Shown here piece after piece: positions 42,457 through 53,428 of a DNA stretch of 64,000 nt (position 1 is its first letter; every line of letters starts with the position of its first letter). This DNA is from Candidatus Obscuribacteraceae bacterium. GTDB taxonomy: Bacteria > Cyanobacteriota > Vampirovibrionia > Obscuribacterales > Obscuribacteraceae. The translations under genes and the position numbers were made by a program. The notes under the pieces were generated by a model, which saw only the letters and a program-made list of their open reading frames with translations, did not search any database and was not told where the DNA came from. The DNA lies in contig JBGAHS010000003.1 in the NCBI GenBank assembly GCA_044226015.1, forward strand, positions 512,001-576,000, in the 5' to 3' direction.

Positions 42457-42825
42457 TTAGAAGTTGATCTGGTTATTGATGACCATCGAAGCGACAGTCA
42501 TAATCAGAGAAGCCCAGCATGCCGAGCCAAAGCTGCGCACATACAAGACCTCAGGCATGATCTCAGAAGCCAGCACGAAGGCTGTGCCATTGATCAGCAA
42601 GCCAATCAAACCGAAGAGAAGGACATTTGCCAGAATCGCCACTCCGAGAGTGGTGAGACCGACGATCATCCAGAGCCCAGTGTTCAGAAGCCCCACAAGA
42701 AGGAGGGTGAACAGGGCCCGGAAGAATCCTGCATTGCGAATCCTGACACCACCATCGGTGGCAGCAGGAACCACAACCAGCAGGACCAAGACCATCAGAA
42801 CGAGGCGTACAATCAGAGTTTCCAT
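42457..42825 (-). CDS. 4-TM phage-holin-family/YvlD-like membrane protein
   Basis: ALFTLLLVGLLN...LFGLIGLLING...VRSFGSA pattern; AAGGAG RBS. Confidence 0.75.
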   Translation of the reverse strand: METLIVRLVLMVLVLLVVVPAATDGGVRIRNAGFFRALFTLLLVGLLNTGLWMIVGLTTLGVAILANVLLFGLIGLLINGTAFVLASEIMPEVLYVRSFGSACWASLIMTVASMVINNQINF

Positions 42826-42856
42826 TTGTTCTCCTTTGGATCGGGTTAAGCCGTTT

Positions 42857-43543
42857 CTAGGCGGCTGGAGTTTGGTCCGCATCACATTGACTGTGTGAGC
42901 ACGAACAGATTGAACTCAGAACCTTAGTTAGAAGCGTATCTTGTGCGTCCATGAGGTAAAACCGTTGGAGAATTTCCTCCACAACCATGCACTTATAAAC
43001 ATGGTCGACTGCAGGGGCTAGATAGGCCAGGAATAGCACATCGAGCTCCTGCACACCCTCACCAGTTCGGTTAGGGACGATATACTCCATTGAGCGACAG
43101 AGACGCTTGAAGCCGAGTCTTTTGTAGAAACCAAAACGACGTGCGCGAATCGCAGTTTCATCCTGGCTGAGTTCAGAGTGCCGGGGATGAGTTGATTCGA
43201 TTTCCAGAACCATTCCGAGATGTTCAGGATAGTCGTTTTTGAGGCGCTCGATGAGCGCTCTCATGTGTTTGCTTCCATAGCCACCAGACCTCTGATTAGG
43301 GTCCACAGCAATGTAAGCAAGGAAGGCAAAGTTCGAAGCGAGAGAAACCATTGAAAAACACAGCAGCTCACCTTTTTTGCCAATCGTTTTGTGCAATAAC
43401 AAACGACCTTCATCGATGAGCTGTTGAAGTTTTTCCTCTGGCTCGCGCTCCGACTCGGGAAAAGCACTTGTGTAAAGAGCACGCCAGCTATCGTCGAGGA
43501 CAGAGCTGAGCTCACACAAGAGCACATGGCCGTCGGTACTCAT
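42857..43543 (-). CDS. GNAT family N-acetyltransferase
   Basis: LYTSAFPESERE, YIAVDPNQRSGGYGS, RRFGFYKRLGF. Confidence 0.85.
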   Translation of the reverse strand: MSTDGHVLLCELSSVLDDSWRALYTSAFPESEREPEEKLQQLIDEGRLLLHKTIGKKGELLCFSMVSLASNFAFLAYIAVDPNQRSGGYGSKHMRALIERLKNDYPEHLGMVLEIESTHPRHSELSQDETAIRARRFGFYKRLGFKRLCRSMEYIVPNRTGEGVQELDVLFLAYLAPAVDHVYKCMVVEEILQRFYLMDAQDTLLTKVLSSICSCSHSQCDADQTPAA

Positions 43544-44145
43544 GGTGACTCCTCGCTCTCATGAGAGAGCTTTGGAACAACCAGCACCACTTTCGGGCCG
43601 AATTCACACGGGCGCCTGAGGCGTCTTCTTGGCTGCACTGCAGCAGGTAATCTGGAACTTACTTAGTTGGGCTGGGGACCGTGAGTGCGAGAAAGTGTGG
43701 CTGGAAAGAAAAATGCAACCTAACCTACTCAAGCAGACAGGCAAAGTAAACAGCAACACGGCAAAAATTCGGAAAAATCAGCAGGACAGAAAGTTTCAAA
43801 GCGCAACACACAGATAGCGCAACTTTGAATTCTTTGCAACGACAATTTGCGAAGCTAGTCCATTGGTTCGCTCTAAGCTTTCATACGAGACGCGCTAGGT
43901 ATTGGCAATAATGAGACCCATCAAACCCTTGCGGTGTTGCAGACCCAGAAGCCCACGCCTTAGTTTGAAGCCCTGCATCCTCATATCCACCTACCAAGGC
44001 TAGAAAACACACCTCCAAAGCCACTTCTACAGCCAGTTCGCCTCTGAGTACGCCCGTGGTGCGTATCGGCAACATGTAGCTCTTCTGGATGCAGCAGTTT
44101 CTCATCGGGCTACGCTCGGTACCTCCAACACGAAAGAACATCACT

Positions 44146-45912
44146 ATGTGGTTCAAAAGCTTTCTCATCGCACTTTGTGCGATCGGTTTCAGTTCCGTTT
44201 CCTCTAGTGCAGCAGAGCAGGTAGACTGCACGGTCATCGTCGATCAGAACAGTGTCCAACCCGGTCACACTGCCAAGATTGGCGTTGAGCTCACTATTCC
44301 TCAAGGGCAGCACATCTACGGTCGCGAGCCCGGAGACACCGGGTTCCCAACCTCCATCGAATGGATTCTTCCCGAAGGAGTGCAGGTCGAAGGGCTCAAC
44401 TGGCCCCAAGCACAGCGCTTCGAAGAAGAAGGACTGGTCAGTAATGGCTACCTGAAAAAGGTTTTGCTCTGGACGAATTTGCACGTGTCCGAACGCTACA
44501 ACTCGGCTGAAATCAAGATTCAAGCTCGGGTTAAGTGGCTTGCCTGCGGCGAAGGTCACTGCATTCCAGGACAAAAAGAACTAGTCTTCGTGCTTCCAGT
44601 CAGCTCCTCAGCTCCAGTTCCGAGCCAAGCAGCAAGCAGCTTTCCGGCATCGACAGCTCCCGCAGCTCAGACTCCGGCCGGCTCGACAGGAACGCTATCA
44701 CTGCCTTACTGCATCTTGCTGGCGTTCGCGGCAGGGCTCTTGCTCAACTTGATGCCATGCGTTCTGCCTGTTCTGGGGCTCAAAGTAATGAGCCTGGCGA
44801 AACAATCGCAAGGAAGCCGATTGAAGAGCATACAGCTCGGGCTGGCGTACTCGGCAGGAACAATCGCCACCTTCGCAGTGTTGGCGACCTTCATCCTAGT
44901 CGCTCGCTCTTCAGGAGTGACGCTCGGCTGGGGCTTCCAATTCCAATCGCTGACCTATCTGGTAATGATGTGCAGCATCATTTGCTTGATGACGCTCAGT
45001 CTTTTCGGCATGTTTTACGTGCAAATTCAGACAGGCGTGCAATCGCTAGAAGATGTCGCCTCTCGCGGAGGACTCATCGCAGCGTTCGCCCGCGGAGCAT
45101 CTGCCACACTTCTCTCGACACCATGCAGCGCACCGCTGCTCGGTACCGCACTGGGTTTCGCCCTGGGACAGCCTGCCATCTGGGTTGTATGCGTGCTCTT
45201 GAGCGTGGGCGCAGGGCTAGCATCACCATATATGGTGCTGAGCTGCTTCCCCTCGTGGCTTAAGTTTCTGCCAAAACCAGGCGACTGGATGGAACGCTTC
45301 AAAGAAGCGATGGGCTTCTTGATGCTCGGAACTCTGGTTTGGATGCTCTCAGTCATTTTGAATGTCGCCGGAGGAGCGGCTTTGATTGGATGCATCATGT
45401 TCCTCTTCACCCTTACGCTTGCGACCTGGGGCGTGGTACGTTTCGCCTCCGCAGAAAGTACGCTACTCAGGAAGTCTATCGTCTGGGCATTAGCTGCAGC
45501 CCTCTGCGCTGGTAGCTTCTACAAGAATGTCTACTCTGTAGACAGTTCCGCGCCAGCAGCTAGCGAGCATTCTGGGCTAGCTGTATATAGCGAAGCGAGC
45601 CTGGAATCGCATCTGGCGCAGGGCAAGACCGTCCTGGTGGATGTAACTGCAGAGTGGTGCCTGACCTGCAAGCTGAACGAGAGCATTCTCGCCAGCACCG
45701 CAGTCACGGAAGCGATGCAGAAAAACAACGTCCTGATGATGAGAGCTGATTGGACACGCGGCGATGAAAACGTCAGCAAGTTGCTGAAACGATTTTCGCG
45801 CCCCGGCGTACCGATGTACGTCATCTTCCAGCCCGGCAAAGAACCAGTCGTTCTTCCTGAACTACTGACTCCCAGCATCGTCATCGATGCAATTGAAACT
45901 ACGAACAAATAG
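44146..45912 (+). CDS. dsbD: thiol:disulfide interchange protein DsbD family
   Basis: alpha WLACGEGHCIPG; beta LNLMPCVLP, TPCSAP, LPKPGDWM; gamma AEWCLTCK, ADWT. Confidence 0.9.
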   Translation: MWFKSFLIALCAIGFSSVSSSAAEQVDCTVIVDQNSVQPGHTAKIGVELTIPQGQHIYGREPGDTGFPTSIEWILPEGVQVEGLNWPQAQRFEEEGLVSNGYLKKVLLWTNLHVSERYNSAEIKIQARVKWLACGEGHCIPGQKELVFVLPVSSSAPVPSQAASSFPASTAPAAQTPAGSTGTLSLPYCILLAFAAGLLLNLMPCVLPVLGLKVMSLAKQSQGSRLKSIQLGLAYSAGTIATFAVLATFILVARSSGVTLGWGFQFQSLTYLVMMCSIICLMTLSLFGMFYVQIQTGVQSLEDVASRGGLIAAFARGASATLLSTPCSAPLLGTALGFALGQPAIWVVCVLLSVGAGLASPYMVLSCFPSWLKFLPKPGDWMERFKEAMGFLMLGTLVWMLSVILNVAGGAALIGCIMFLFTLTLATWGVVRFASAESTLLRKSIVWALAAALCAGSFYKNVYSVDSSAPAASEHSGLAVYSEASLESHLAQGKTVLVDVTAEWCLTCKLNESILASTAVTEAMQKNNVLMMRADWTRGDENVSKLLKRFSRPGVPMYVIFQPGKEPVVLPELLTPSIVIDAIETTNK

Positions 45913-45980
45913 GTCTGATGCCGGGAAGCAGGTTAGTTCCCGGCCATTTCCACAAGCACTTCGATCTCGAAAGAAAAGTC

Positions 45981-46427
45981 ATGTCTCTATCAAAGAAACT
46001 CTTCACCCTGTGCATGCTAACGCTTGCGATTCCGTCCAACGCCACCTTACTCGCGCAGACTAGCACGGTTCCGAGCTCTGAGCTTCAACAGGCGAGCGAC
46101 TCGTCTCCGGTGAAGCAGCTGAGCTCAGTAAACTTCAAATCAGAAGTCGAGGACTCCGACATCCCAGTCATCGTCGACTTCTACGCTAGCTGGTGCGGTC
46201 CTTGCAAGATGCTCAAGCCGAACCTGGAAACAATTGCCCGCGAATTCAAGGGCAAGGTAAAAGTCGTGAAAATCGACATTGACCAGTGCCCAGACCTCGC
46301 GCAACGATTCAACATCACGCAGGTTCCCTCCTTGCTTATCTTCAAAGATGGCAAAGTTAAAGAGCGCAAAATCGGCTTCCAATCGGTCGATAAGCTCCGC
46401 GGAACCTGCAACGATCTGAGCAAATAA
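45981..46427 (+). CDS. thioredoxin with N-terminal signal peptide
   Basis: VDFYASWCGPCK; hydrophobic N-terminus. Confidence 0.9.
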   Translation: MSLSKKLFTLCMLTLAIPSNATLLAQTSTVPSSELQQASDSSPVKQLSSVNFKSEVEDSDIPVIVDFYASWCGPCKMLKPNLETIAREFKGKVKVVKIDIDQCPDLAQRFNITQVPSLLIFKDGKVKERKIGFQSVDKLRGTCNDLSK

Positions 46428-46463
46428 TTTGCAAACACGATGCAAATCTGCTTGCAGATTAAA

Positions 46464-46512
46464 CCGAAAGCGATGCGAAGCCAACCACTTCGCATCGCTT
46501 TTCGGCCTTTTT
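46464..46512 (+). terminator. intrinsic terminator
   Basis: CCGAAAGCGATGCGAAG...CTTCGCATCGCTTTTCGG plus T-run. Confidence 0.75.
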
Positions 46513-46600
46513 GACTCAGAACTACTAAAAGCATCGAACCAGAGAAAAAGAAAAATCCCCGCACTAGGACGGAGATTTTTTCGTCTTTTTGTATTTTAAA

Positions 46601-47272
46601 TTACATCTTGGAAGTAAGCTGAGGACGGGCGTCGTCTCTGACGTTTTGGACTTCGTTTACAGGCAAGAATTGTCCTTTTTCTTCATCGTAGGCGAACACT
46701 TCACCACTCTGGAATTTATAAACCCATCCATGGAGATTCAGTACACCACGAGCAAGAGCTGCTGCTACAGCGGGATGCGTCTTCAAATTTTCCAGTTGCA
46801 CCAAGACATTTTCCTGAATTGCAACGTTCAATGTTTGACCTTCATCCAACTTAAGGTCGCAATAGTTTTCGTCAACAATCCGCTTTGCCGCATGCGCGTG
46901 AGACAGCCACGAGCGAACCGAAGGCAATCTGTCGAGCGACTCTGGATGCAACAGTCCGTTTACGGCTCCACACAAAGAGTGTCCACAAACAATGATGTCG
47001 CGCACACCAAGCGCCGCAATCGCAAACTCGATTGTCGCGATTTCGCCACTAACCACAGTTCCATAAGCAGGCACGATATTGCCGGCGTTTCTGAGAATGA
47101 ACAGATCTCCTGGATTAGCTTGCGTTATCAGGCTTGGGTCCACTCGCGAATCCGAGCAGGTGATGAACAGCGCATCTGGAGACTGCCCCTCTGATAATCT
47201 GGAAAACAGTTCTTTCTGCTTAGAAAAAACGTTCGACTGAAAATGGTGAAAACCAGCTATGAGTTTCTGCAT
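46601..47272 (-). CDS. beta-class carbonic anhydrase
   Basis: [27 protein letters not shown]. Confidence 0.95.
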   Translation of the reverse strand: MQKLIAGFHHFQSNVFSKQKELFSRLSEGQSPDALFITCSDSRVDPSLITQANPGDLFILRNAGNIVPAYGTVVSGEIATIEFAIAALGVRDIIVCGHSLCGAVNGLLHPESLDRLPSVRSWLSHAHAAKRIVDENYCDLKLDEGQTLNVAIQENVLVQLENLKTHPAVAAALARGVLNLHGWVYKFQSGEVFAYDEEKGQFLPVNEVQNVRDDARPQLTSKM

Positions 47273-47580
47273 TTCTACTCCTGAGCTTATGACGATGGAT
47301 CGATCTTACTTCACCAATCTTTCGCCTAACCGTCGTGAATGCCAACAGAAGCATGAATTAAGGGGATCTTTCTACCAAAAAAATATTCAGAAAGTCTTGT
47401 CGTAATCACTTAACCACTGGTAACAATTTCGTTTGGATTGACTCCTTGCCTTGCATCGACCACTTCCTGCAAACAGCATTTATACTATATATATGAATAG
47501 AACACCGCAGCAAAAAAGGTTCTGGGAGAAGAGCATCACTGCCCCTTCCCCCAGAACAAATCTTGTCCGCCAGACATAGT

Positions 47581-48951
47581 CTAGCGACGAGACATCAGCG
47601 ACTCGATTTCCGCAACAGATTTAGGAACTGCGGCAGTCAGAACTTCATTGCCATCGCTTGTGATAACAATGTCGTCCTCGATGCGAATGCCGATGCCACG
47701 GTAACGAGCTGGAACACGCATCTCGTCTTTCTTAATGTAGAGCCCTGGTTCAATCGTGAGAACCATGCCCGGCTCAAGGATGCGACGCTTGGGGCAAGCG
47801 AGACTCTGCTGTTCAGAATCGTTTTTATCGTTGTAGTCGCCCACATCGTGAACATCGATTCCAAGCCAGTGGCTGGTTCCATGCGGCATGAAGTCTCTGA
47901 AACTGAGCCCTTTGCCGTCCGAGCTAGCGCCCAGAAGACCAAGCTTTTTCAGACCATCGAGCAAAACTTGCTTCGCCGCTTCATGCACATGAATCAAGCG
48001 CGCCCCAGGCTTTGCAGCGTTGATGGCAGCAACTTGAGCACTGAGCACAAGCTCATAGAGCTCTTTTTGTGCTTCGCTGAACTTACCATTGGCAGGAAAA
48101 GTGCGCGTGATGTCGGCCGCATAGCCTCCATTGCGAGAACCAAATTCAGCCCCGGCATCGATAAGCACCAACTGCCCATCCTGCACAATGTCCGTGTTCT
48201 CGACGTAATGCAGAACGCACGCATTGCTGCCCGAAGCCACTATAGTTCCATACGCAGGTGCAGTTGCGGCAGCAGCCTTGAAGACGAACTCCAGAACCGC
48301 CTGCAATTGGAACTCTCCCACGCCGGGACGACATGAAAGCATGGCTTGCTTGTGCGCCTCAGCTGAGACATCAGCCGCATGGCGAAGCAGGTTCAACTCT
48401 TCTGCGTCTTTGAACAGTCGCATCTCATTGAGAATGCTCTTCGGATCAAAAAGCGGCTTCTGATTTTCCTTCCACAACTTGCGGAATTTCTTGTCGAAGC
48501 TGCTGTTGGAGCCAAAGCTGTAGTAGACCTGTTCAGCCTTTTTCAAGAAGGCGCCTACAACTTGCTCAAAGTTGGCGATGGGATGAGCTTCATCAGCAAG
48601 GTACTGATTCTTTGCTCCCTCAACGCCAAATCTGATTCCGTGCCAGGTCTCCTGCATCAAATCCTTTTGCTGAACAAGCATTGTGACTTGCTTGTTGCCG
48701 CCGAACTTAGTGATGATGAGAACTGAATCGGGTTCGGGAAAGCCGTTCAGATAGACGATCTCTGACGACTGCCTGTAAGAGAAACGAGTGTCATTGCTGC
48801 GTGTACATTCGGGATTGCTCACAAGAATGCATACGGAATTGTCAGCCATCTGTTGCCAGAGCCGGCTCAAACGAGACTCGTAATTGGATTTTGAGATGAC
48901 AGGAACTGCCGAACAAGTCGGCAGCCTGGCAAATAGTTTCTTGTTGCTCAT
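47581..48951 (-). CDS. pepP: Xaa-Pro aminopeptidase
   Basis: RSNDT, CVLHY, LIDAG, ADITRT, HWLGIDVHD, TIEPGLY, GIRIEDD. Confidence 0.93.
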   Translation of the reverse strand: MSNKKLFARLPTCSAVPVISKSNYESRLSRLWQQMADNSVCILVSNPECTRSNDTRFSYRQSSEIVYLNGFPEPDSVLIITKFGGNKQVTMLVQQKDLMQETWHGIRFGVEGAKNQYLADEAHPIANFEQVVGAFLKKAEQVYYSFGSNSSFDKKFRKLWKENQKPLFDPKSILNEMRLFKDAEELNLLRHAADVSAEAHKQAMLSCRPGVGEFQLQAVLEFVFKAAAATAPAYGTIVASGSNACVLHYVENTDIVQDGQLVLIDAGAEFGSRNGGYAADITRTFPANGKFSEAQKELYELVLSAQVAAINAAKPGARLIHVHEAAKQVLLDGLKKLGLLGASSDGKGLSFRDFMPHGTSHWLGIDVHDVGDYNDKNDSEQQSLACPKRRILEPGMVLTIEPGLYIKKDEMRVPARYRGIGIRIEDDIVITSDGNEVLTAAVPKSVAEIESLMSRR

Positions 48952-49494
48952 GTTAAGCCTCCGGAAAGGGGCGCAGCAAGCGTCCCTCGCCATTCGTGTT
49001 TATGGATCTGTTAGGTAGACATACTCCTTCAGCCAGATGAAGCCGAACAGAAAACAGAAACCAGGACGACAACAAACTCAGCGAAAGTTTTCGCTGGCTC
49101 ATTGCGCGAGTCTGTCTGTTTATGAGGTCGGGGGTCTCTTGTTGCGGGTTGAGGGAATTTGTTCGGACACTACGGCATTGGGCACCTGCAATTCCAGCAT
49201 GGAGCTTTAGATTTCACTGAGAAAAGAACCCGGCACCTTTCTACAGCGACTTTTCTAGCAATGAGCACAAGGGCAAAAGCCTGACAGCAAGCTGCTTTCC
49301 GAGCATCCATTCGCAATTAGCGCAACTAAAACAAGCTTCACGAGCTAAGCCACTAAGCAAAAAAAAAAGACTGCATCGAACTCCACTGCAGCACCACACA
49401 CCGCTAATGGTGGCAAGAAAACGATGATTTAAAATGCAAAAAGAGAACAAGAATTCGAGAGCATTTGCTTGTTGGAGCTTTTAAAAAAGAAAAA

Positions 49495-49558
49495 GCCTCA
49501 GTGACAGCTTGTGTTAGGCGTCCGGTAAAGGACACAAAACACTCACTATCACTGAGGC
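49495..49558 (-). terminator. long-stem terminator downstream of pmbA
   Basis: GCCTCAGTGA...TCACTGAGGC closing stem; minus strand followed by TTTTTCTTTTTT. Confidence 0.65.
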
Positions 49559-49665
49559 AGTTCTTCACCAGGAAGGTGCGAGGATGTGCAGCATTTCTGC
49601 CGCATCACCCCCGCACTCTCCCAGTTCAGACTTGCGGTTGAAACGCCGGACTAGCCGGTATTTCC

Positions 49666-50994
49666 TTACTCGCCCGCGAGCATCATCTTGTTGATCTTGA
49701 GGGTCGGCGAGTTGACCGACGACCTGAACACCAAATCGTTGCCCACCGCATCGATGCCTTGCAGCATACCGATGATGTGGCCAGCAACTGTGATTCCTTG
49801 CACCGGGAACGCGAACTTGCCGTTCTCGATCCAGATGCCGGAAGCACCAACCGAGTAATCCCCGGTGGTGGCGTTGAAACCGAGCCCCGAAGCGCTGGTC
49901 AGGTAGAGGCCGCTTTCGACCGAGGCGATGAGCTCCTCGACCGGCGTCTCACCATTCTGCACGTAGAGATTCGAGGTGCTGCCGCCGTTCGGAGTCTCGC
50001 CGAGCTTGCGCGCGGAATAGATGCCGAGGAGGTAGCACTCCAGAGTGCCCTTGTCGACGATGACGCGCTTGCGCGTGGGCAGACCCTCGGAGTCGATCGG
50101 ACGCGAAGCCAGACCGCCGATGATATGGGGGTCATCGACGATGGTGATGAGCTTCGACGCGACCTGCGTGCCACGCTTGTCCACCAGGAAGGACGACTTC
50201 CGGTAGATCTGCGCACCAGAGGCGGCGCCGACGAGCTGGCTGATGAGCCGAGCAGCGGACTGCGGGTCGTAGATGACCGGGCAGGTCTGCGACTTCACAC
50301 GGCGCGGGTTGAGCTGCCGAACGGCATGCTCAGCCGCGATGCGACCGATTTCATCCGCCGACTGCAAGGTCGACAGCTTGCGGCTCGAAGAGCCCCAGCC
50401 GCCAATCTGCATGACTCCATCGCCCGCGGGGTCCGAGGCGATGACGGCGGCCGACAGCGAGCAGGCGCTGGTCTCGTAAGCGACCGAGAGCCCACGCGAA
50501 TTCGCCCGAACGATGATGTTCATCTCGTCGGAGAAGCCGCAGCCGCGGGAGTTGGCGACGCGCTTGTCGGCTTCCATGGCAGCCTTCTCGGCAGCCAGAG
50601 CGAGCTCGACCTTCTTCTCGACCGGAAGCTTGGAGGCCTCGTCATCGAAAAGTCCGAGGTCCGGCACGTTGTTGGAGTAGGCGGAAGCATCGGCCAGACC
50701 TGCGGTCGGGTCTTCCGGCGCAAGCTTGGCGACTTCGATGGTGTCCCCGATGAGCTTCGTCAGCACGGACTGATCGAGGTTGCTCGTGGAAATGGAGGCG
50801 TGCCGCTGACCGACGAAGGCGCGGAACTCGAGCTCCTGGGTCTGTGCACCCTGAAGTTCCTCGACATTGCCCACACGAACGCCGACCTCGACGGACTCCC
50901 CGACGCCGATCGTGACTTCACAGTCCGTCGCGCCGAGGCGTTTGGCTTCAGCGACCACGAAATCCGCGATCGCTTTCAATTGCTGCTTATTCAT
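49666..50994 (-). CDS. pmbA: TldE/PmbA family protein
   Basis: YRKSSFL, DDP...DSEG, TGDYSVGASG...IENG...PV; GAGG RBS before ATG 50994. Confidence 0.9.
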   Translation of the reverse strand: MNKQQLKAIADFVVAEAKRLGATDCEVTIGVGESVEVGVRVGNVEELQGAQTQELEFRAFVGQRHASISTSNLDQSVLTKLIGDTIEVAKLAPEDPTAGLADASAYSNNVPDLGLFDDEASKLPVEKKVELALAAEKAAMEADKRVANSRGCGFSDEMNIIVRANSRGLSVAYETSACSLSAAVIASDPAGDGVMQIGGWGSSSRKLSTLQSADEIGRIAAEHAVRQLNPRRVKSQTCPVIYDPQSAARLISQLVGAASGAQIYRKSSFLVDKRGTQVASKLITIVDDPHIIGGLASRPIDSEGLPTRKRVIVDKGTLECYLLGIYSARKLGETPNGGSTSNLYVQNGETPVEELIASVESGLYLTSASGLGFNATTGDYSVGASGIWIENGKFAFPVQGITVAGHIIGMLQGIDAVGNDLVFRSSVNSPTLKINKMMLAGE

Positions 50995-51034
50995 AGCATT
51001 GTCCTCTTTTGAGTTAGAAGGTGAAAGGAGCGGA

Positions 51035-52471
51035 TTAGTTGGCGGAACCGCCAACCGTAACCTTGTCCATGCGGATGGACGGCATGCCGACGCCGACGGG
51101 GACGCCCTGGCCATTCTTGCCGCAGGTGCCGATGCCGGTGTCCAGAGCCATGTTGTTGCCCACCATGGACACATTGTGAAGCGACTTCGGCCCATTGCCG
51201 ATGAGCGTCGCACCCTTGACCATGCGCGTGAGCTGACCATTTTCGATCAGCCACGCACAAGTAGCCGTGAAGGTGTAATCACCGTTGGTGATGTTCACCT
51301 GTCCACCGCCAAAAGTCTCCGCGTACAGTCCGTACTTGACCGAGCGGATGATTTCGTCGTGAGTGTGTTGCCCGCCCGACATGAACGTGTTCGTCATGCG
51401 GGGCATGGGGACGTGCCGGTAGCTCTCGCGCCGACCGTTGCCGGTGAGCGCCGCCTTCATGAGGGTGGCGTTCTGCCGGTCCTGCATGTAGCCGACGAGC
51501 CGCCCGTTCTCGATGAGCGTCGTGGTGCCGGTCGGCGTGCCTTCGTCATCGAAGTTGAGCGAGCCACGGCGATTCGCCATGGTGCCATCATCGACAACCG
51601 TGACGAGCGGCGAGGCGACCTGCTGGCCCATCAGGCTCGAGAAAGCCGACGAACCCTTGCGGTTGAAGTCACCTTCCAGCCCGTGCCCGACCGCCTCGTG
51701 GATGAGGACGCCCGGCCAGCCGTTGCCCAGCACAACCGTCATCTCGCCGGCGGGAGCCGCCACAGCGGACAGCATGTCCACCGCCTGCTTCGCAGCAGTG
51801 TTGGCGTGATACTTCCACATGGAGTCCGCGGCGAGCGCCGAGAATTCCATGCGACCACCGCCACCAGAGCCGCCGTTCTCACGACGCTCACCTTCAGCAG
51901 CGATGCAGCCGACGTTCAGGCGCACAAGCGGGCGCCGGTCGTGGAGCAGACCACCAAGGCTGTTGGCGATGATGATCTCGTAGTCCTCGGCGGTGATACT
52001 GACCGAGACGTTCTCGATGCGCGAGTCGTAGGCACGAGCTTCGGCATCGATCTTGGTGAGCAGCGCAATGCGATCGAGCAACCCGACGGTGGTCGGCGAG
52101 ATGCCGATGTCGTAAAGGTTCAGGGTCGGCGGATTCGCAGCGACCGGCTCGGTCACGACGCCGTTGGAGTAGTTCGCGATGGCACGAGCGATGGTCGCTG
52201 CCTTGCGAAGGTTCTCGATGGTGACGTAGTCGGTGAACGAGTAGCCGACCTTGTCGCCGATGACGACGCGGACGCCAGCGCCATTGACGATGTCGCGCGA
52301 GGTGGACTTGAGCTGCTGCTGGTCATAAGCGAGCGATTCGCTGCTACCAGCCTGGAAGTAGATGTCACAGTAGGCGCCCGGCTGACCATGAATGGCCTGA
52401 GCCATGACGCTTTCGACCTGATCGGTGCTGAGACCGAAGAGACGATGAAGATCTTTTGCAACGTTACGCAT
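51035..52471 (-). CDS. tldD: TldD metalloprotease
   Basis: GWPGVLIHEAVGHGLEGDFNRKG, TGNGRRESY, PMPRMTNT, GTCGKNGQGVPVGVGMP. Confidence 0.95.
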   Translation of the reverse strand: MRNVAKDLHRLFGLSTDQVESVMAQAIHGQPGAYCDIYFQAGSSESLAYDQQQLKSTSRDIVNGAGVRVVIGDKVGYSFTDYVTIENLRKAATIARAIANYSNGVVTEPVAANPPTLNLYDIGISPTTVGLLDRIALLTKIDAEARAYDSRIENVSVSITAEDYEIIIANSLGGLLHDRRPLVRLNVGCIAAEGERRENGGSGGGGRMEFSALAADSMWKYHANTAAKQAVDMLSAVAAPAGEMTVVLGNGWPGVLIHEAVGHGLEGDFNRKGSSAFSSLMGQQVASPLVTVVDDGTMANRRGSLNFDDEGTPTGTTTLIENGRLVGYMQDRQNATLMKAALTGNGRRESYRHVPMPRMTNTFMSGGQHTHDEIIRSVKYGLYAETFGGGQVNITNGDYTFTATCAWLIENGQLTRMVKGATLIGNGPKSLHNVSMVGNNMALDTGIGTCGKNGQGVPVGVGMPSIRMDKVTVGGSAN

Positions 52472-53072
52472 GATTTTCTCCTAGTTTCTCCTGGGTTAGA
52501 GATTCAATTGCGCATCTAACGAGAGACGCGCGTAAGGAACTGAGCAGCTAAATCCGAGATGGATTTCAGAGCGGCTCTATACCAAGCTCACCAACGACCC
52601 GAGAATATGACAGAACTCAATATTGAGGGCAGATTCTCCGGGTGGGTTGGGGAAATGGGTAACGAATTCACCCTGACAATATCCGGACCCCATATCAATG
52701 CACCCACGAGCACATGGACGAATTCTAATACCTACTGCCTCAGCCCTACCACTCCGTGCCACCGAGCATTGCACCCTTCCTGAGACGGCACTCACCACAG
52801 TCCCAACCACCAATACGTATAGCGCCTCTCCGCTAAGCCCGACGTGCTTGACATGAGCGAGTGCACACGAGCGACTGTGGTATGCCACTGTCCGCATGGG
52901 ATACAGCCGAGTAGTCCGCCACCACCAGTTCGCACAAAGGCTATGTGCATGGTGATCACGGGACACTCCCAGGCTACACCGAACCAGGTGAATGCTGCCC
53001 TGAAGTGGTGAGCAGAGAAACGCCATACACCCTACAGGATGCATGCACCTCACATCATACCGAAGGGGGTCA

Positions 53073-53175
53073 GAGTCGAGTGCCCAGTTCGGATTCGGCA
53101 TGGGTCCGAGTCAAGTGCCCAGTTCGGATTCGGCATGGGTCCGAGTCAAGTGCCCAGTCCGGATCTGGCCATCCG
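53073..53175. repeat. 35-bp intergenic tandem repeat, about 2.8 copies
   Basis: gagtc(g/a)agtgcccagttcggattcggcatgggtcc at 53073 and 53108, degenerate copy at 53143; no spacers. Confidence 0.9.
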
Positions 53176-53428
53176 TGCCCTCCTTTGTCCCAAGGCGCTA
53201 AGACCGAGCCCCTGATGTCGTCTACAAGCGGTGTCCCTCAGCCGCTCGATGAGGCGCCGACGAGGGAGAAATCAAAAACAGGAGCAGTCAACATGACACC
53301 ATATACGGTGGCACGCATCCACTCCTGAAGTCCAGAATATTTGAAAACGCCCCAGGGTATAGCATTTCAAACTCTTTTCAGAAACGGCAAATATACTCGT
53401 TTGCGGTTAGGGCAAAAGGGTTTTAAAA

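Noticed and set aside
42457..42825. Holin as prophage evidence
   Set aside because: This 4-TM family is commonly chromosomal; no endolysin, structural or integrase genes nearby
49759..52519. 417-aa and 550-aa plus-strand ORFs
   Set aside because: Antisense shadows of pmbA and tldD
53073..53175. CRISPR array
   Set aside because: Repeats are directly adjacent without unique spacers; no cas genes in the window
53399..53420. Minus-strand CCCTTTTGCCCTAACCGCAAAC resembling the motif at 31627-31652
   Set aside because: Short match that coincides with the 5' region of the plus-strand TPR gene; cannot be distinguished from chance without genome-wide statistics
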